A stretch of 64,000 nucleotides of DNA from an uncultured Sphaerochaeta sp. (lineage in GTDB: Bacteria; Spirochaetota; Spirochaetia; Sphaerochaetales; Sphaerochaetaceae). The position numbers were made by a program, and so were the translations under genes. How positions within the stretch are numbered: position 1 is the first letter of the stretch; each line of letters starts with the position of its first letter. This document shows positions 26,331-34,775 of the stretch, piece by piece. The stretch is taken from the NCBI GenBank assembly GCA_964547185.1, contig CAZJMG010000001.1, forward strand, positions 61,233 through 125,232, written 5' to 3'. The notes under the pieces were generated by a model. That model was not told the DNA's origin. It made no database searches and worked only from the letters and a program-made list of their open reading frames with translations.

Positions 26331-27827
26331 ATGAAAAGACTGACTACTGTTCTTGTTGTATTGTTTATCATCGTTTTGCTTTCTGGGTGTGTAACTGTAA
26401 AGAAAGCAAATGAGATTTTTGATGATCGATTGGAAGCTCTCTATCCTGATGTCGATTTTGAAGAACTGAACAACAAGACCCTCAAGCTATCCGAAAAGCA
26501 GGTAGAAATCGAGAGTGCTGTAACAGCAGCAAAGGAAAGTTTAGATTCTGCCCTGGAAGAAGGTATTACCAAAATTGAAACCAAAGCTTCTGATACTGAA
26601 CAAACTATCACTTCTGTTTCAGAGCAAGCGCAACAATCTATTGTCTCTGTTTCGGAACAAGCCGAAAAAACCATTGGAGAGAAGACGCTGCAAGCTGAGA
26701 AAAGCCTACAGACAATTACCCTTGGTGCCACCGAAGAGCTAAACAAAACGCTTAGATCAGTGACACTACAGCTCGATACCACGGTTGCAGGTAGTGTATC
26801 CACTATTGAACAGAAGTCCGGTGCGAGTATAGCGGCTATCGATTCGGCTGCTTCTAGTGCACAGACCAAACTAATGTCCTCTGTATCGGGAAGTGTAACT
26901 ACAATCAATGCTGATGTCACAGAAGCCAAACGTCAAATGCAGACAGTAACATCTGGTAGCGTTTCAACCATCGAAAAGAAAGCTAACGAAAACATTTCGG
27001 CAATCGATTCAGCAACATCCAAGGCACAGCAGCAGATGCAGACGATAGTGTCAGGCAGCGTCTTGGCAATCGAAAAGAAGGCCAGTGAAAACATTTCAGC
27101 TATCAATGCTGCAAGCTCCAGTGCTCAACAGCAGATGCAGACGATTGCTTCCGGCGGCCTCTCGAATCTTGAAAAGAAAGCTGATGAGAGCCTGTCTGCC
27201 ATACATGCTGCACATACTGCCTCTTTAAAGAGCATCAACACACAAATGGAAGGAAGCCTGAGCCAGATTAAAACAGCTTCGCAGAATGTAATTGAAGCAC
27301 TTGATACGACAAAGCAAATTACCATGACTGAAATTACCGGCAACCTTGTAAATGCCAATAAAGAATATGAAACATTCATGAAGGCGGTACAAGCGGCATT
27401 CAAAGAAATTGATGGGATGAAGAAAAACACGGAAACATTCCTAAGCGGTCTTGAAGTGCAGTATAAAAACTTCTTGCTTGATCTTATCAACAACGAAGGG
27501 CAAGCCCTTTACGATGAGATAATTTCAGAAAAGCAGGATGCGATCGACGCTATGCATACATACCAAAAGGCAACAGAGAACTTTATGAACGGGTTGCAAG
27601 AACAATTTAAAAACCATATGGCTGAGCAAGTGCAAACGATCGAAGGCCTGAAAGCCCAAATGGAAAACGATCTTACAACGTACAGATCTTCTGTTGATAC
27701 CATGAGTGTTGGAACTCTCAACAAGATCAATCAAACAGCTGAAGACCTGAATGAGAAATTTACCTCTCTCGAAAAGCAATACGAATCCTTGGTGGTATTC
27801 CTACAAGGTCTGGCTAAGCTTCAATAA
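26331..27827 (+). CDS. repeat-rich, predicted alpha-helical lipoprotein of unknown function
   Basis: AAGGAG RBS. Signal peptide with lipobox (VLLSGC). Ser/Thr/Gln/Ala/Glu-rich. Internal 33-aa repeats and a C-terminal duplicated E(T/N)F(L/M).GL(E/Q).Q(Y/F)KN motif. Confidence 0.8.
   Translation: MKRLTTVLVVLFIIVLLSGCVTVKKANEIFDDRLEALYPDVDFEELNNKTLKLSEKQVEIESAVTAAKESLDSALEEGITKIETKASDTEQTITSVSEQAQQSIVSVSEQAEKTIGEKTLQAEKSLQTITLGATEELNKTLRSVTLQLDTTVAGSVSTIEQKSGASIAAIDSAASSAQTKLMSSVSGSVTTINADVTEAKRQMQTVTSGSVSTIEKKANENISAIDSATSKAQQQMQTIVSGSVLAIEKKASENISAINAASSSAQQQMQTIASGGLSNLEKKADESLSAIHAAHTASLKSINTQMEGSLSQIKTASQNVIEALDTTKQITMTEITGNLVNANKEYETFMKAVQAAFKEIDGMKKNTETFLSGLEVQYKNFLLDLINNEGQALYDEIISEKQDAIDAMHTYQKATENFMNGLQEQFKNHMAEQVQTIEGLKAQMENDLTTYRSSVDTMSVGTLNKINQTAEDLNEKFTSLEKQYESLVVFLQGLAKLQ
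26772..27233 (+). repeat. in-frame tandem 99-bp (33-aa) repeats inside the lipoprotein gene
   Basis: Units start at 26772, 26937, 27036 and 27135 (MQT(V/I).SGSV..IEKKA.ENISAI..A.S.AQQQ). A 22-aa partial unit lies at 26871-26936. Copies are diverged. Confidence 0.7.
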
Positions 27828-27858
27828 TTTGTCGGCGTTTCTTATCTGAACCATCACG

Positions 27859-27895
27859 ACAGTCTGCTGTACTTTTTTACAGCAGACTGTTTTTT
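27859..27895 (+). terminator. intrinsic terminator of the lipoprotein gene
   Basis: ACAGTCTGCTGT-actttttt-ACAGCAGACTGT: 12-bp perfect stem followed by TTTTT. Confidence 0.8.
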
Positions 27896-27967
27896 ACATA
27901 CCGCTCTCCTTCGCTGGAAAAAAGCCGAGGCATAGGCTATGATATAAACAAATGAGGAGATGTGCAT

Positions 27968-28354
27968 ATGGGCAATAGAAAACATATCCGAGCTGACTTT
28001 GTACAGGGACATTACCAGTTTGTTACCGACAAGCTCGCAAGCTTTGCATTCTCAGAAGAGAGTGCTCCGTATGATTATCTCTTAGGTGCTCTGTCGGGTT
28101 GTCTCTTCAAGACATTTGAGGAGATTGCAGAAAAAATGCGGATCAGCTGGGAACATGTGAGTTTCGACGTGCAGAGTGAGAAACGCGATGAGGTTCCTAC
28201 CACTCTGAAACATGTTTCTATCGAAGTTCATGCAACAGGGGTGGACAACCAGAAGAAATTCACCAAGGCATTTGAGGCTGCTACCCGGTACTGCTCAATC
28301 TATCAGACCATTTCACACGTGAGTGAAATGCATTGGTCAGTAGACTTCAGCTAG
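27968..28354 (+). CDS. OsmC/Ohr-family protein
   Basis: GAGGAG RBS 8 nt before ATG 27968 (the ORF-track GTG 27962 is too close). Two family Cys contexts (ALSGCLFKTF and ATRYCSIYQT). Confidence 0.8.
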   Translation: MGNRKHIRADFVQGHYQFVTDKLASFAFSEESAPYDYLLGALSGCLFKTFEEIAEKMRISWEHVSFDVQSEKRDEVPTTLKHVSIEVHATGVDNQKKFTKAFEAATRYCSIYQTISHVSEMHWSVDFS

Positions 28355-28941
28355 CTGCCATGGCACATGTCGGACTATACACCACACTACTTCTCTATGA
28401 GGCTTTTGAGCTCGCCCTGCAGCAGTTTCTCTCTGAGGATGGCGCTCTCTTGACTTGGCCTAAGTCAAGGGTAAGCATCGCCCATTGCCTAGCCTCCCAG
28501 CTGCAACGTAGTTTACGAAGTGTACTAGGACTTGCACAGGATACGGCAAGCCCAACATTTTTCTCTTTACCGGGAGACATCAAGGTTGATATCTTTTGCC
28601 GGGATGCTGACGTTATTATCCATGACAGGAAGGACACACTTTTGCTGGCTATCATCTTCAGCAATGACTACCTGTCAAAAACCCAACAGGAGCATCTACA
28701 CCAACTGCAAAAACGAGGATGTCCTTTAGTCCTTGGCGCTGCGTTTCTTCCTCAAAAAGAGTATGTCTTGCTCTACAGTCCCCAGCAAGAAAATCTTGAG
28801 TATTACCATTTCAGCAAAATAGACGGAACCACCTCTCATCTTAAGCAACGAGAGGTGGAATACACTACTGACGATTTACAACTCTTACTACCCATCAAAG
28901 AACGAAGGAAGCGTAAAAAAGCTAGTGAATCGGATCGGTGA
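28333..28941 (+). CDS. hypothetical protein (orphan by eye)
   Basis: About 200-aa ORF (TTG 28333 or ATG 28360) with no clear RBS. Basic C-terminal tail (KERRKRKKASESDR). Overlaps the convergent gene by 20 nt. Confidence 0.5.
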   Translation: MVSRLQLAAMAHVGLYTTLLLYEAFELALQQFLSEDGALLTWPKSRVSIAHCLASQLQRSLRSVLGLAQDTASPTFFSLPGDIKVDIFCRDADVIIHDRKDTLLLAIIFSNDYLSKTQQEHLHQLQKRGCPLVLGAAFLPQKEYVLLYSPQQENLEYYHFSKIDGTTSHLKQREVEYTTDDLQLLLPIKERRKRKKASESDR

Positions 28942-29653
28942 CCCGATGTCGACCCACCATCTTGTCCACCCCTCGCTTATGAGCATCCTCACACCCATTC
29001 CAAGGCTTGTCCATGTTCTCTGACTTGTATTTTTGTGTCATCCAAAAGACATCCTTGGCTATCCTATCAAGGTTTTCCACCTCAGTCTGGGTGACTTGAC
29101 GTACAAACTGTGGATAGAGGGAAGCAGAAAGAGCCTCTTTGGCCGTTTCAAGCAACAAACCAAAATGATGCATACAAAACCCTTTACCTTCCTTCAAAGC
29201 TTCCCTGAAAGAAGGATCATCGCCCCAAAGATAACAGGTGGTATACAGATAGCGCTTGAGTCTCTCTTCCATCGCGGTACATACCAAGCATCCCTTCTCG
29301 CGCTCTTCCAACTGTTTTTTAAAAGACTGCACAGCTTTCTTTGCACTATAAGGGTTCTTTGCACCAAGCAGGTCATTGACGGCTTTTTCCGTCTTTTTCC
29401 TGGTCATTGCAAGATAGGTGTCAGTCATGAGAGCCACCCCTTGAGGCTTGTTGGCCGCAACAATCATCTGCCAATGCCTCGAGCAGAAACCATGCTCGTT
29501 GACTTTTACCCGTGTCTCTGGATTCATGACTGAATTGCCCAGATAGAAAGCAACAGCATCTTTCTGAGCCTCAGCCATCAAGTCGCAGATATAACATTCG
29601 CTCTGACTATGCACCCCGTCCCAAACAGGGATTGTTTCCAGCTCTATCTTCAT
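28922..29653 (-). CDS. Cys/His-rich protein with a duplicated CxxC...GFCxxH module (DUF-type, function unknown)
   Basis: 243 aa. C20-x2-C23-x33-C57-x2-H60 and C122-x2-C125-x34-C160-x2-H163. Starts 6 nt after the transketolase C-subunit stop. Confidence 0.75.
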   Translation of the reverse strand: MKIELETIPVWDGVHSQSECYICDLMAEAQKDAVAFYLGNSVMNPETRVKVNEHGFCSRHWQMIVAANKPQGVALMTDTYLAMTRKKTEKAVNDLLGAKNPYSAKKAVQSFKKQLEEREKGCLVCTAMEERLKRYLYTTCYLWGDDPSFREALKEGKGFCMHHFGLLLETAKEALSASLYPQFVRQVTQTEVENLDRIAKDVFWMTQKYKSENMDKPWNGCEDAHKRGVDKMVGRHRVTDPIH

Positions 29654-29659
29654 GAAAAC

Positions 29660-30607
29660 CTAACGCTTTGCAAGCATTTCAGCTTTATTGGCAATCTCTT
29701 GGGCTGTAAAGCCAAAAGACTGGGCGAGATAGGCAAGGTTTCCCACCTCTCCATATCGCTCACCCACATTGACGAAATCCATGGCGACAGGGTTTGTTTT
29801 CACCAGATGTCCTGCAATCGCTTCACCGACGCCCCCGGCGTACCGTCCATTCTCACAAACAAGGATATGTCCGGTCTGCTGGGCAACCTTCTCTATCAGT
29901 TCAACATCCAACGGACGGATGGTATGCAGATCAACCAAGGTGGCCTTGATGCCTTTCTGTGCCAAAAGAGCAACAGCCTCTTGTGCTGCATTGACCATGA
30001 CTTCCCCAGTTGCAAAAATACCAAGGTCAGAACCTTCAGCAAGTACGATTCCCTTACCAAGCTCGATCTTGGTGTCAGGTGTATATCGATGTGTTGCGCC
30101 TTTGCGTGGAACGCGGGTATAACTTGCCTTCTTAAGATCATAGGCCTGCCTCATCAAGCTGTAGAGGCTTTGAGGATCGCTGGGCTCAATGATGGTAATT
30201 CCCGGAACCTGCCTCATCAAGGCAATATCCTCGAACGGCATATGGGTTCCTCCATTGTGCTGAGCGGTGATACCGGGATCGCTGCCAATAAGATGAACCA
30301 CTTGGTTTGTGTAGCCAACAGAGAGAAACACTTGGTCATACGCTCTTCTGGTCGTAAAACAACCAAAGCTGTGCGCATAGGGAACCAAGCCCATCGAAGC
30401 AAGGCCGGCTGCAACGCCTACCATATTTGCCTCTGCAATACCGCAGTTGAAAAACCGCTCGGGGTAGTGGGAACAGAAGGATATGGATCCAAAACAGGTT
30501 GCCAAGTCAGCATCCAACATCACCACCTCTTTATGCTCTGAAGCCAAATCAGTAATGGCAACCATCACTGCTTCACGCATATTGTCAATCTTGCTCATGT
30601 CTTTCAT
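29660..30607 (-). CDS. transketolase, C-terminal (pyrimidine-binding) subunit, set 1
   Basis: 315 aa. FFNCGIAEANMVGVAAGLA and the transketolase C-terminal domain. ATGA overlap with the N-subunit gene. Confidence 0.92.
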   Translation of the reverse strand: MKDMSKIDNMREAVMVAITDLASEHKEVVMLDADLATCFGSISFCSHYPERFFNCGIAEANMVGVAAGLASMGLVPYAHSFGCFTTRRAYDQVFLSVGYTNQVVHLIGSDPGITAQHNGGTHMPFEDIALMRQVPGITIIEPSDPQSLYSLMRQAYDLKKASYTRVPRKGATHRYTPDTKIELGKGIVLAEGSDLGIFATGEVMVNAAQEAVALLAQKGIKATLVDLHTIRPLDVELIEKVAQQTGHILVCENGRYAGGVGEAIAGHLVKTNPVAMDFVNVGERYGEVGNLAYLAQSFGFTAQEIANKAEMLAKR

Positions 30608-31443
30608 AGTGAAACCCCCTCACGCTCATACAGATCAGCGATAGCCTTGGCAGCAGAGTCAGCGTTTATAGGCATACTGTGGTTTGCAGTTACGCCCTCT
30701 CCGGGAAGGTATCCGTACGATTTAATGGTATCGAGAATTATCATGCTGGGTCTGTCTGTAACCTTCTTAGCATTCTCGACTGCACGGTCGAGCTGCTCAA
30801 AACTATGACCGTTGATCCTCTGTACATGCCAGTTGAAACCTAGCCAGCGGGTTTCTATATACTCCATGTCCGAGACATCATTGACATAGCCATCAAGTTG
30901 TTGCTTGTTGTAATCTGTGAAGGCAATCAGGTTTCCAAGCTTCCAATGGTTTGCAGTCTGGGCCGCTTCCCATATTTGTCCTTCTTGGCTCTCCCCATCT
31001 CCGATGATCGCATAGGTAAACGCATCCATGTTGCGAATTTTCTGTCCTAACGCTATTCCAACAGCTGCACTGAACCCCTGTCCCAGCGACCCGGCTGTAA
31101 AATCAACTCCTACGGTCTTATTCATGTCGCAATGACTGGGAAGATTGGTTCCTCCTTGGTTCAAGGTCTTGAGCAGTGACTGGTCAAAAAACCCTTTACG
31201 AGCGAGGGTTGCATACACTGCAGGCCCTGCATGCCCTTTGGAACAGACAAACCGATCGCGGTCTTCCTTACGCGGATTCTGTGGATCAATTCGCATGGCA
31301 CAAAAATAGAGATACGTAAGAACCTCTACTATAGACATGCTGCCGCCTATATGGCCGGAACCAAAAGACCCTATCTCTTCAATGGTGAGCGCCCGTATTG
31401 CGAGGGCGTGTTGCTTGAGCTCTTTGCTGTCAATCATGCTCAA
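30604..31443 (-). CDS. transketolase, N-terminal (TPP-binding) subunit, set 1
   Basis: 279 aa. SGHIGGSMS, SKGHAGPAVYA, GSLGQG, GDGESQEG TPP-binding motifs. Confidence 0.92.
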   Translation of the reverse strand: MSMIDSKELKQHALAIRALTIEEIGSFGSGHIGGSMSIVEVLTYLYFCAMRIDPQNPRKEDRDRFVCSKGHAGPAVYATLARKGFFDQSLLKTLNQGGTNLPSHCDMNKTVGVDFTAGSLGQGFSAAVGIALGQKIRNMDAFTYAIIGDGESQEGQIWEAAQTANHWKLGNLIAFTDYNKQQLDGYVNDVSDMEYIETRWLGFNWHVQRINGHSFEQLDRAVENAKKVTDRPSMIILDTIKSYGYLPGEGVTANHSMPINADSAAKAIADLYEREGVSL

Positions 31444-31452
31444 CCTCCTAAT

Positions 31453-32118
31453 TTATTTACCATACTTCATATGCATCAGCTGTTTCAACCGACTCTCATC
31501 CAATTCAGAAACCTTACAGGATTCATCTTCCATGGTTTTTACAATGACAGTCATCTGTGCTGCTCGTTCAAGGAGCTCCATCTTGTCAAAGGCCTCCAAC
31601 ATCGAACGTCCCAGGGCCACAGCACCATGATTTTCCAGCACCAGAACATCGTGCTCATAAGAGGCGAAAGCTGCCTGCTGGGCAAGACCTTCGGTTCCCA
31701 TGAGGCGATAAGGAACCAACACAGGCTCCTCCAGGATGTAGAAGGATTCGGCAATAAGTTTTGTATTGATGGCGCATGTGTTGTTTTTCTGCATCGCGCT
31801 GAACGCAGAAACATAGGTAGGATGTGCATGCACGATGGCCTTGCAGTCCTCTCTGGCAACCAGAATCAAACGATGCATCTCTGTTTCTATGCTCAATTTT
31901 AATTTAGGAGTCAGGTTTTCTCCATCCATGTGCACAACGGCAATATCATCTGGGCTCAACAAGCCTTTATCTAAAGCGGAAGGGGTTATGCAAAACAGGT
32001 CTTTGTTTATGCGTAAACTGATATTGCCTCCACTGGCAGTGGTCAGCTGCCGATCGTACAGGCGGGTCATAAAAGAAGCCACCTGACGGCGGTACGGTTC
32101 AAATTGTTGAATATTCAT
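31453..32118 (-). CDS. class II aldolase/adducin-family protein (fuculose-P aldolase / ribulose-5-P 4-epimerase like)
   Basis: 221 aa. GGNISLR, IVHAHPTYVSAF and LENHGAVALG metal-binding His pattern. Confidence 0.88.
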   Translation of the reverse strand: MNIQQFEPYRRQVASFMTRLYDRQLTTASGGNISLRINKDLFCITPSALDKGLLSPDDIAVVHMDGENLTPKLKLSIETEMHRLILVAREDCKAIVHAHPTYVSAFSAMQKNNTCAINTKLIAESFYILEEPVLVPYRLMGTEGLAQQAAFASYEHDVLVLENHGAVALGRSMLEAFDKMELLERAAQMTVIVKTMEDESCKVSELDESRLKQLMHMKYGK

Positions 32119-32174
32119 GAACAGGAGTATAGCACGACGCGCTATCAGAGGGAATGTAAAAGAACGCCTATAGC

Positions 32175-32203
32175 TTGAGAAGCCTATCTCGTTTTGCTAC
32201 AAT
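32175..32203 (+). promoter_or_regulatory. sigma-70-type promoter of proS
   Basis: TTGAGA (32175-32180), 17 nt, TACAAT (32198-32203). AAGGAG RBS at 32222-32227. Confidence 0.5.
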
Positions 32204-32237
32204 GGCCACTGTTCGAACACCAAGGAGACGTAATAAG

Positions 32238-34004
32238 ATGAGGATGTCCAAACTCTTTTCCAGAACCCTTCGCGAAGCACCAAACAGTGCTGACAGCAAA
32301 GGGTATGAATATCTGCTTCGTGCAGGCTTTATCCGCCAGTTGGGAGCTGGTATCTTTTCATTGCTCCCCTTTGGTTTCAATGCAACGAAGAAGATTGAAC
32401 AAATCATCCGAGAAGAGATGAATACAATCGGAGGACAGGAAATCCTGATGCCAGTGGTGAATCCTGCCGACATTTGGAAAGAGACTGGACGGTTTTACAG
32501 CATAGACAAAGAGATGAGTCGTTTTCATGATCGTGGGGGGCGAGATATGGTCCTGGCTATGACCCACGAGGAGGCAGTTACAGATCTTGCCCGAGGAGAA
32601 ATCGACAGCTACAAAAGACTTCCCTTGCTTGTCTATCAGATCCAGACCAAATGGCGTGACGATCCCCGCCCCCGTGCCGGCTTGATCAGGGTACGCGAGT
32701 TCACCATGAAGGACAGCTACTCCTTTGACACCGACCAAGCAGGACTTGATCAGCAATACGCCGCCCACTACAAGGCGTATTTCAGGATTTTCAGCCGATG
32801 TGGGCTTCCGGTCATCGTTGTTGGAGCAGACAGCGGTATGATGGGAGGCAAAATTTCCCATGAGTACATGTATCTTTGCGGCATAGGCGAGGATACCATC
32901 ATAACCTGTCCCGCTTGCGGCTATACTGCCAACAGACAGGTGGCAACCTTCACCAAGACCTATTATCCCCAAGAACCAAAAGAGATGGAAAAGGTCCTCA
33001 CCCCAGATTGCAAGACGATTGAAGATCTAGCAGCCTTCCTCAAGATCGAAAAGAGACAAACAGCGAAGGCTGTCTTCATGGTTGGCACCTTCATCAATGA
33101 TACCAACGGGGAGGAGGAAGAAAAAGTAATTGTAGGAATCATCCGAGGTGATCTTGAGGTTGAGGAAAACAAGTTGCAAAACGCAGCACGCGCCAATGCT
33201 CTCAGGCCTGCACACCCGGAAGAGATTCTGGCCAAGAAGATGGTTCCCGGCTATGGTTCTGCAATCGGTTGCAGCTCAGACGTTGTAGTCATAGTTGATG
33301 ATTCCGTATCAGAGAGCAACAATTTGGTAGCAGGGGCCAACATTGAGGGCTATCACCTTCTGAATACCAATTTCGCTCGTGATTATCAAGGAACTGTTGC
33401 AGATATTGCCAGTGCCTCTGCAAACTATGAGTGCCCGCAATGCAAGCATCCCCTTTCATCCTCCAAGGGTGTTGAGGTAGGAAACATCTTCCAGCTCAAT
33501 ACACGTTACAGTGACAGCATGAATTGCACCTATCAGGATGAAAACGGGGCAAGAAAGCCGGTGATCATGGGGTCGTACGGCATAGGAGTGGGAAGACTGC
33601 TCGCCTGTCTTGCCGAGAACTATTGTGACGATAAGGGACTTTGTCTACCCATCAGCGTAGCCCCTATGCAAGTCCACCTGGTCAGTTTGGTTAAGGATCC
33701 TGCGATGGGAGAGTCCTTGTACAACCAGCTTAGTCAAGCAGGCATTGATGTTCTGTATGACGATAGAAAAGAGTCTGCAGGTGTCAAGTTTGCTGATGCG
33801 GACCTTATCGGTCTTCCTATTCGTATAACACTAGGAAACAGATCCCTTAAGGAAGGCAAGGTAGAGGTAAAAGTAAGGAGTAATCTAGAGGAAAATCTGA
33901 GCTTCAACCTGGAGACGGTGGTAGATCAGACAAAGGCTCTGATTGCTGATTTACAGGCTGATCTTGCAGCAAAGATTGTAGAAAAAGAGTGGGAAAAGGC
34001 ATAA
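32238..34004 (+). CDS. proS: proline--tRNA ligase (bacterial type with editing domain)
   Basis: ATG 32238 gives MRMSKLFSRTLREAPNSADS, which is collinear with the known ProRS N-terminus. The ORF-track start 32175 lies inside the promoter. Class II motifs and an INS domain are present. Confidence 0.95.
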   Translation: MRMSKLFSRTLREAPNSADSKGYEYLLRAGFIRQLGAGIFSLLPFGFNATKKIEQIIREEMNTIGGQEILMPVVNPADIWKETGRFYSIDKEMSRFHDRGGRDMVLAMTHEEAVTDLARGEIDSYKRLPLLVYQIQTKWRDDPRPRAGLIRVREFTMKDSYSFDTDQAGLDQQYAAHYKAYFRIFSRCGLPVIVVGADSGMMGGKISHEYMYLCGIGEDTIITCPACGYTANRQVATFTKTYYPQEPKEMEKVLTPDCKTIEDLAAFLKIEKRQTAKAVFMVGTFINDTNGEEEEKVIVGIIRGDLEVEENKLQNAARANALRPAHPEEILAKKMVPGYGSAIGCSSDVVVIVDDSVSESNNLVAGANIEGYHLLNTNFARDYQGTVADIASASANYECPQCKHPLSSSKGVEVGNIFQLNTRYSDSMNCTYQDENGARKPVIMGSYGIGVGRLLACLAENYCDDKGLCLPISVAPMQVHLVSLVKDPAMGESLYNQLSQAGIDVLYDDRKESAGVKFADADLIGLPIRITLGNRSLKEGKVEVKVRSNLEENLSFNLETVVDQTKALIADLQADLAAKIVEKEWEKA

Positions 34005-34024
34005 CAACCATTTCTTGAAGTAAA

Positions 34025-34053
34025 AGACCCTCTACAGCAATGGCAGAGGGTCT
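34025..34053. terminator. bidirectional stem-loop between proS and the ankyrin gene
   Basis: AGACCCTCT-acagcaatggc-AGAGGGTCT: 9-bp stem between convergent genes. Confidence 0.6.
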
Positions 34054-34088
34054 CTATATATGTAAAAGGTCAACCAACAAGGGAAGAC

Positions 34089-34601
34089 CTAGTGGGCACC
34101 CATTTTCTTAAGCTGATTGACTATATAGGTGCGTTTTGCTGCTTTTGCATACTCGAGTACCGAATGACCTTGGTAGTCTCTTGCATTGATGTCCGCCCCA
34201 GCTTTCAGGAGTGCAGAAATGATGCGGGTCTCAGGATTGCTGTTCACAGCCATGATCAAGGCTGTTTCACCAAGATAGTTGCGTGCATTCAAGTCTGCTC
34301 CAGCTTTCAGCAACTGCTCCAGCACCTTGACACTGGTACTCTTATTCGCTGCGAGATGCAAGGCATTTGATCGATATTTTGGTTCTGCTTCCTGGATGTC
34401 TGCACCAGCATCAAGCAAAGCCTTCAGTACATTTACAGAAGCGTTGTACTGGGCAGCGAGCATAATCGGGGTGAGTCCCCACTCATTTTGGGTATGGATA
34501 TCTGCACCCTGATCCAACAAGGTCTTGATTTCTTTAGCTTTGGTTGCTTCAACGGCAGCAACAAGTAATTTCTTATTAAGGGCTTCTTCTTTTCTTGCCA
34601 T
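34089..34601 (-). CDS. ankyrin-repeat protein (about 4 ANK repeats, no signal peptide)
   Basis: Repeated G.TPLM.A......V...LL.AGADIN pattern (LLDQGADIHTQNEWGLTPIMLAA; LLDAGADIQ; LLKAGADLNARNYLGETALIMA; LLKAGADINARDYQGHSVLEYA). Confidence 0.9.
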   Translation of the reverse strand: MARKEEALNKKLLVAAVEATKAKEIKTLLDQGADIHTQNEWGLTPIMLAAQYNASVNVLKALLDAGADIQEAEPKYRSNALHLAANKSTSVKVLEQLLKAGADLNARNYLGETALIMAVNSNPETRIISALLKAGADINARDYQGHSVLEYAKAAKRTYIVNQLKKMGAH

Positions 34602-34775
34602 ATCAGGACATCTCCTTACTCATTATTCGATTTACACTTACATAAAACAGTATTGCAATTTTATCAAAAATTGTACAGAGCGGTGCTGTCTCGTTACCTA
34701 CATTTTACACATTGCACACAGCTTTGTGTACAAATGGATTTGCCTCATCATACAAACATGCTGTATGATGAGAGC

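Noticed and set aside
26772-27233. The 99-bp repeats in the lipoprotein gene as a phase-variation tract or a diversity-generating-retroelement target.
   Set aside because: The repeat units are substantially diverged rather than identical. No reverse transcriptase or template repeat is in the window. No simple-sequence tract is present.
29609-30541. A 310-aa plus-strand ORF antisense to transketolase C subunit 1. Similar long shadow ORFs: 20436..21098, 22535..23074, 23793..24557, 31231..31902, 32358..32972, 46612..47310, 53386..53970, 59610..60155.
   Set aside because: Each lies wholly inside a confidently identified gene on the other strand and has a skewed (Cys/Arg/His/Ser-rich) composition with no motifs or RBS. 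These are typical antisense shadow ORFs.
32175-32237. The 5' extension of the proS ORF (MRSLSRFATMATVRTPRRRNK).
   Set aside because: It overlaps a good TTGAGA-17-TACAAT promoter. The AAGGAG RBS precedes ATG 32238, which gives a canonical ProRS N-terminus.
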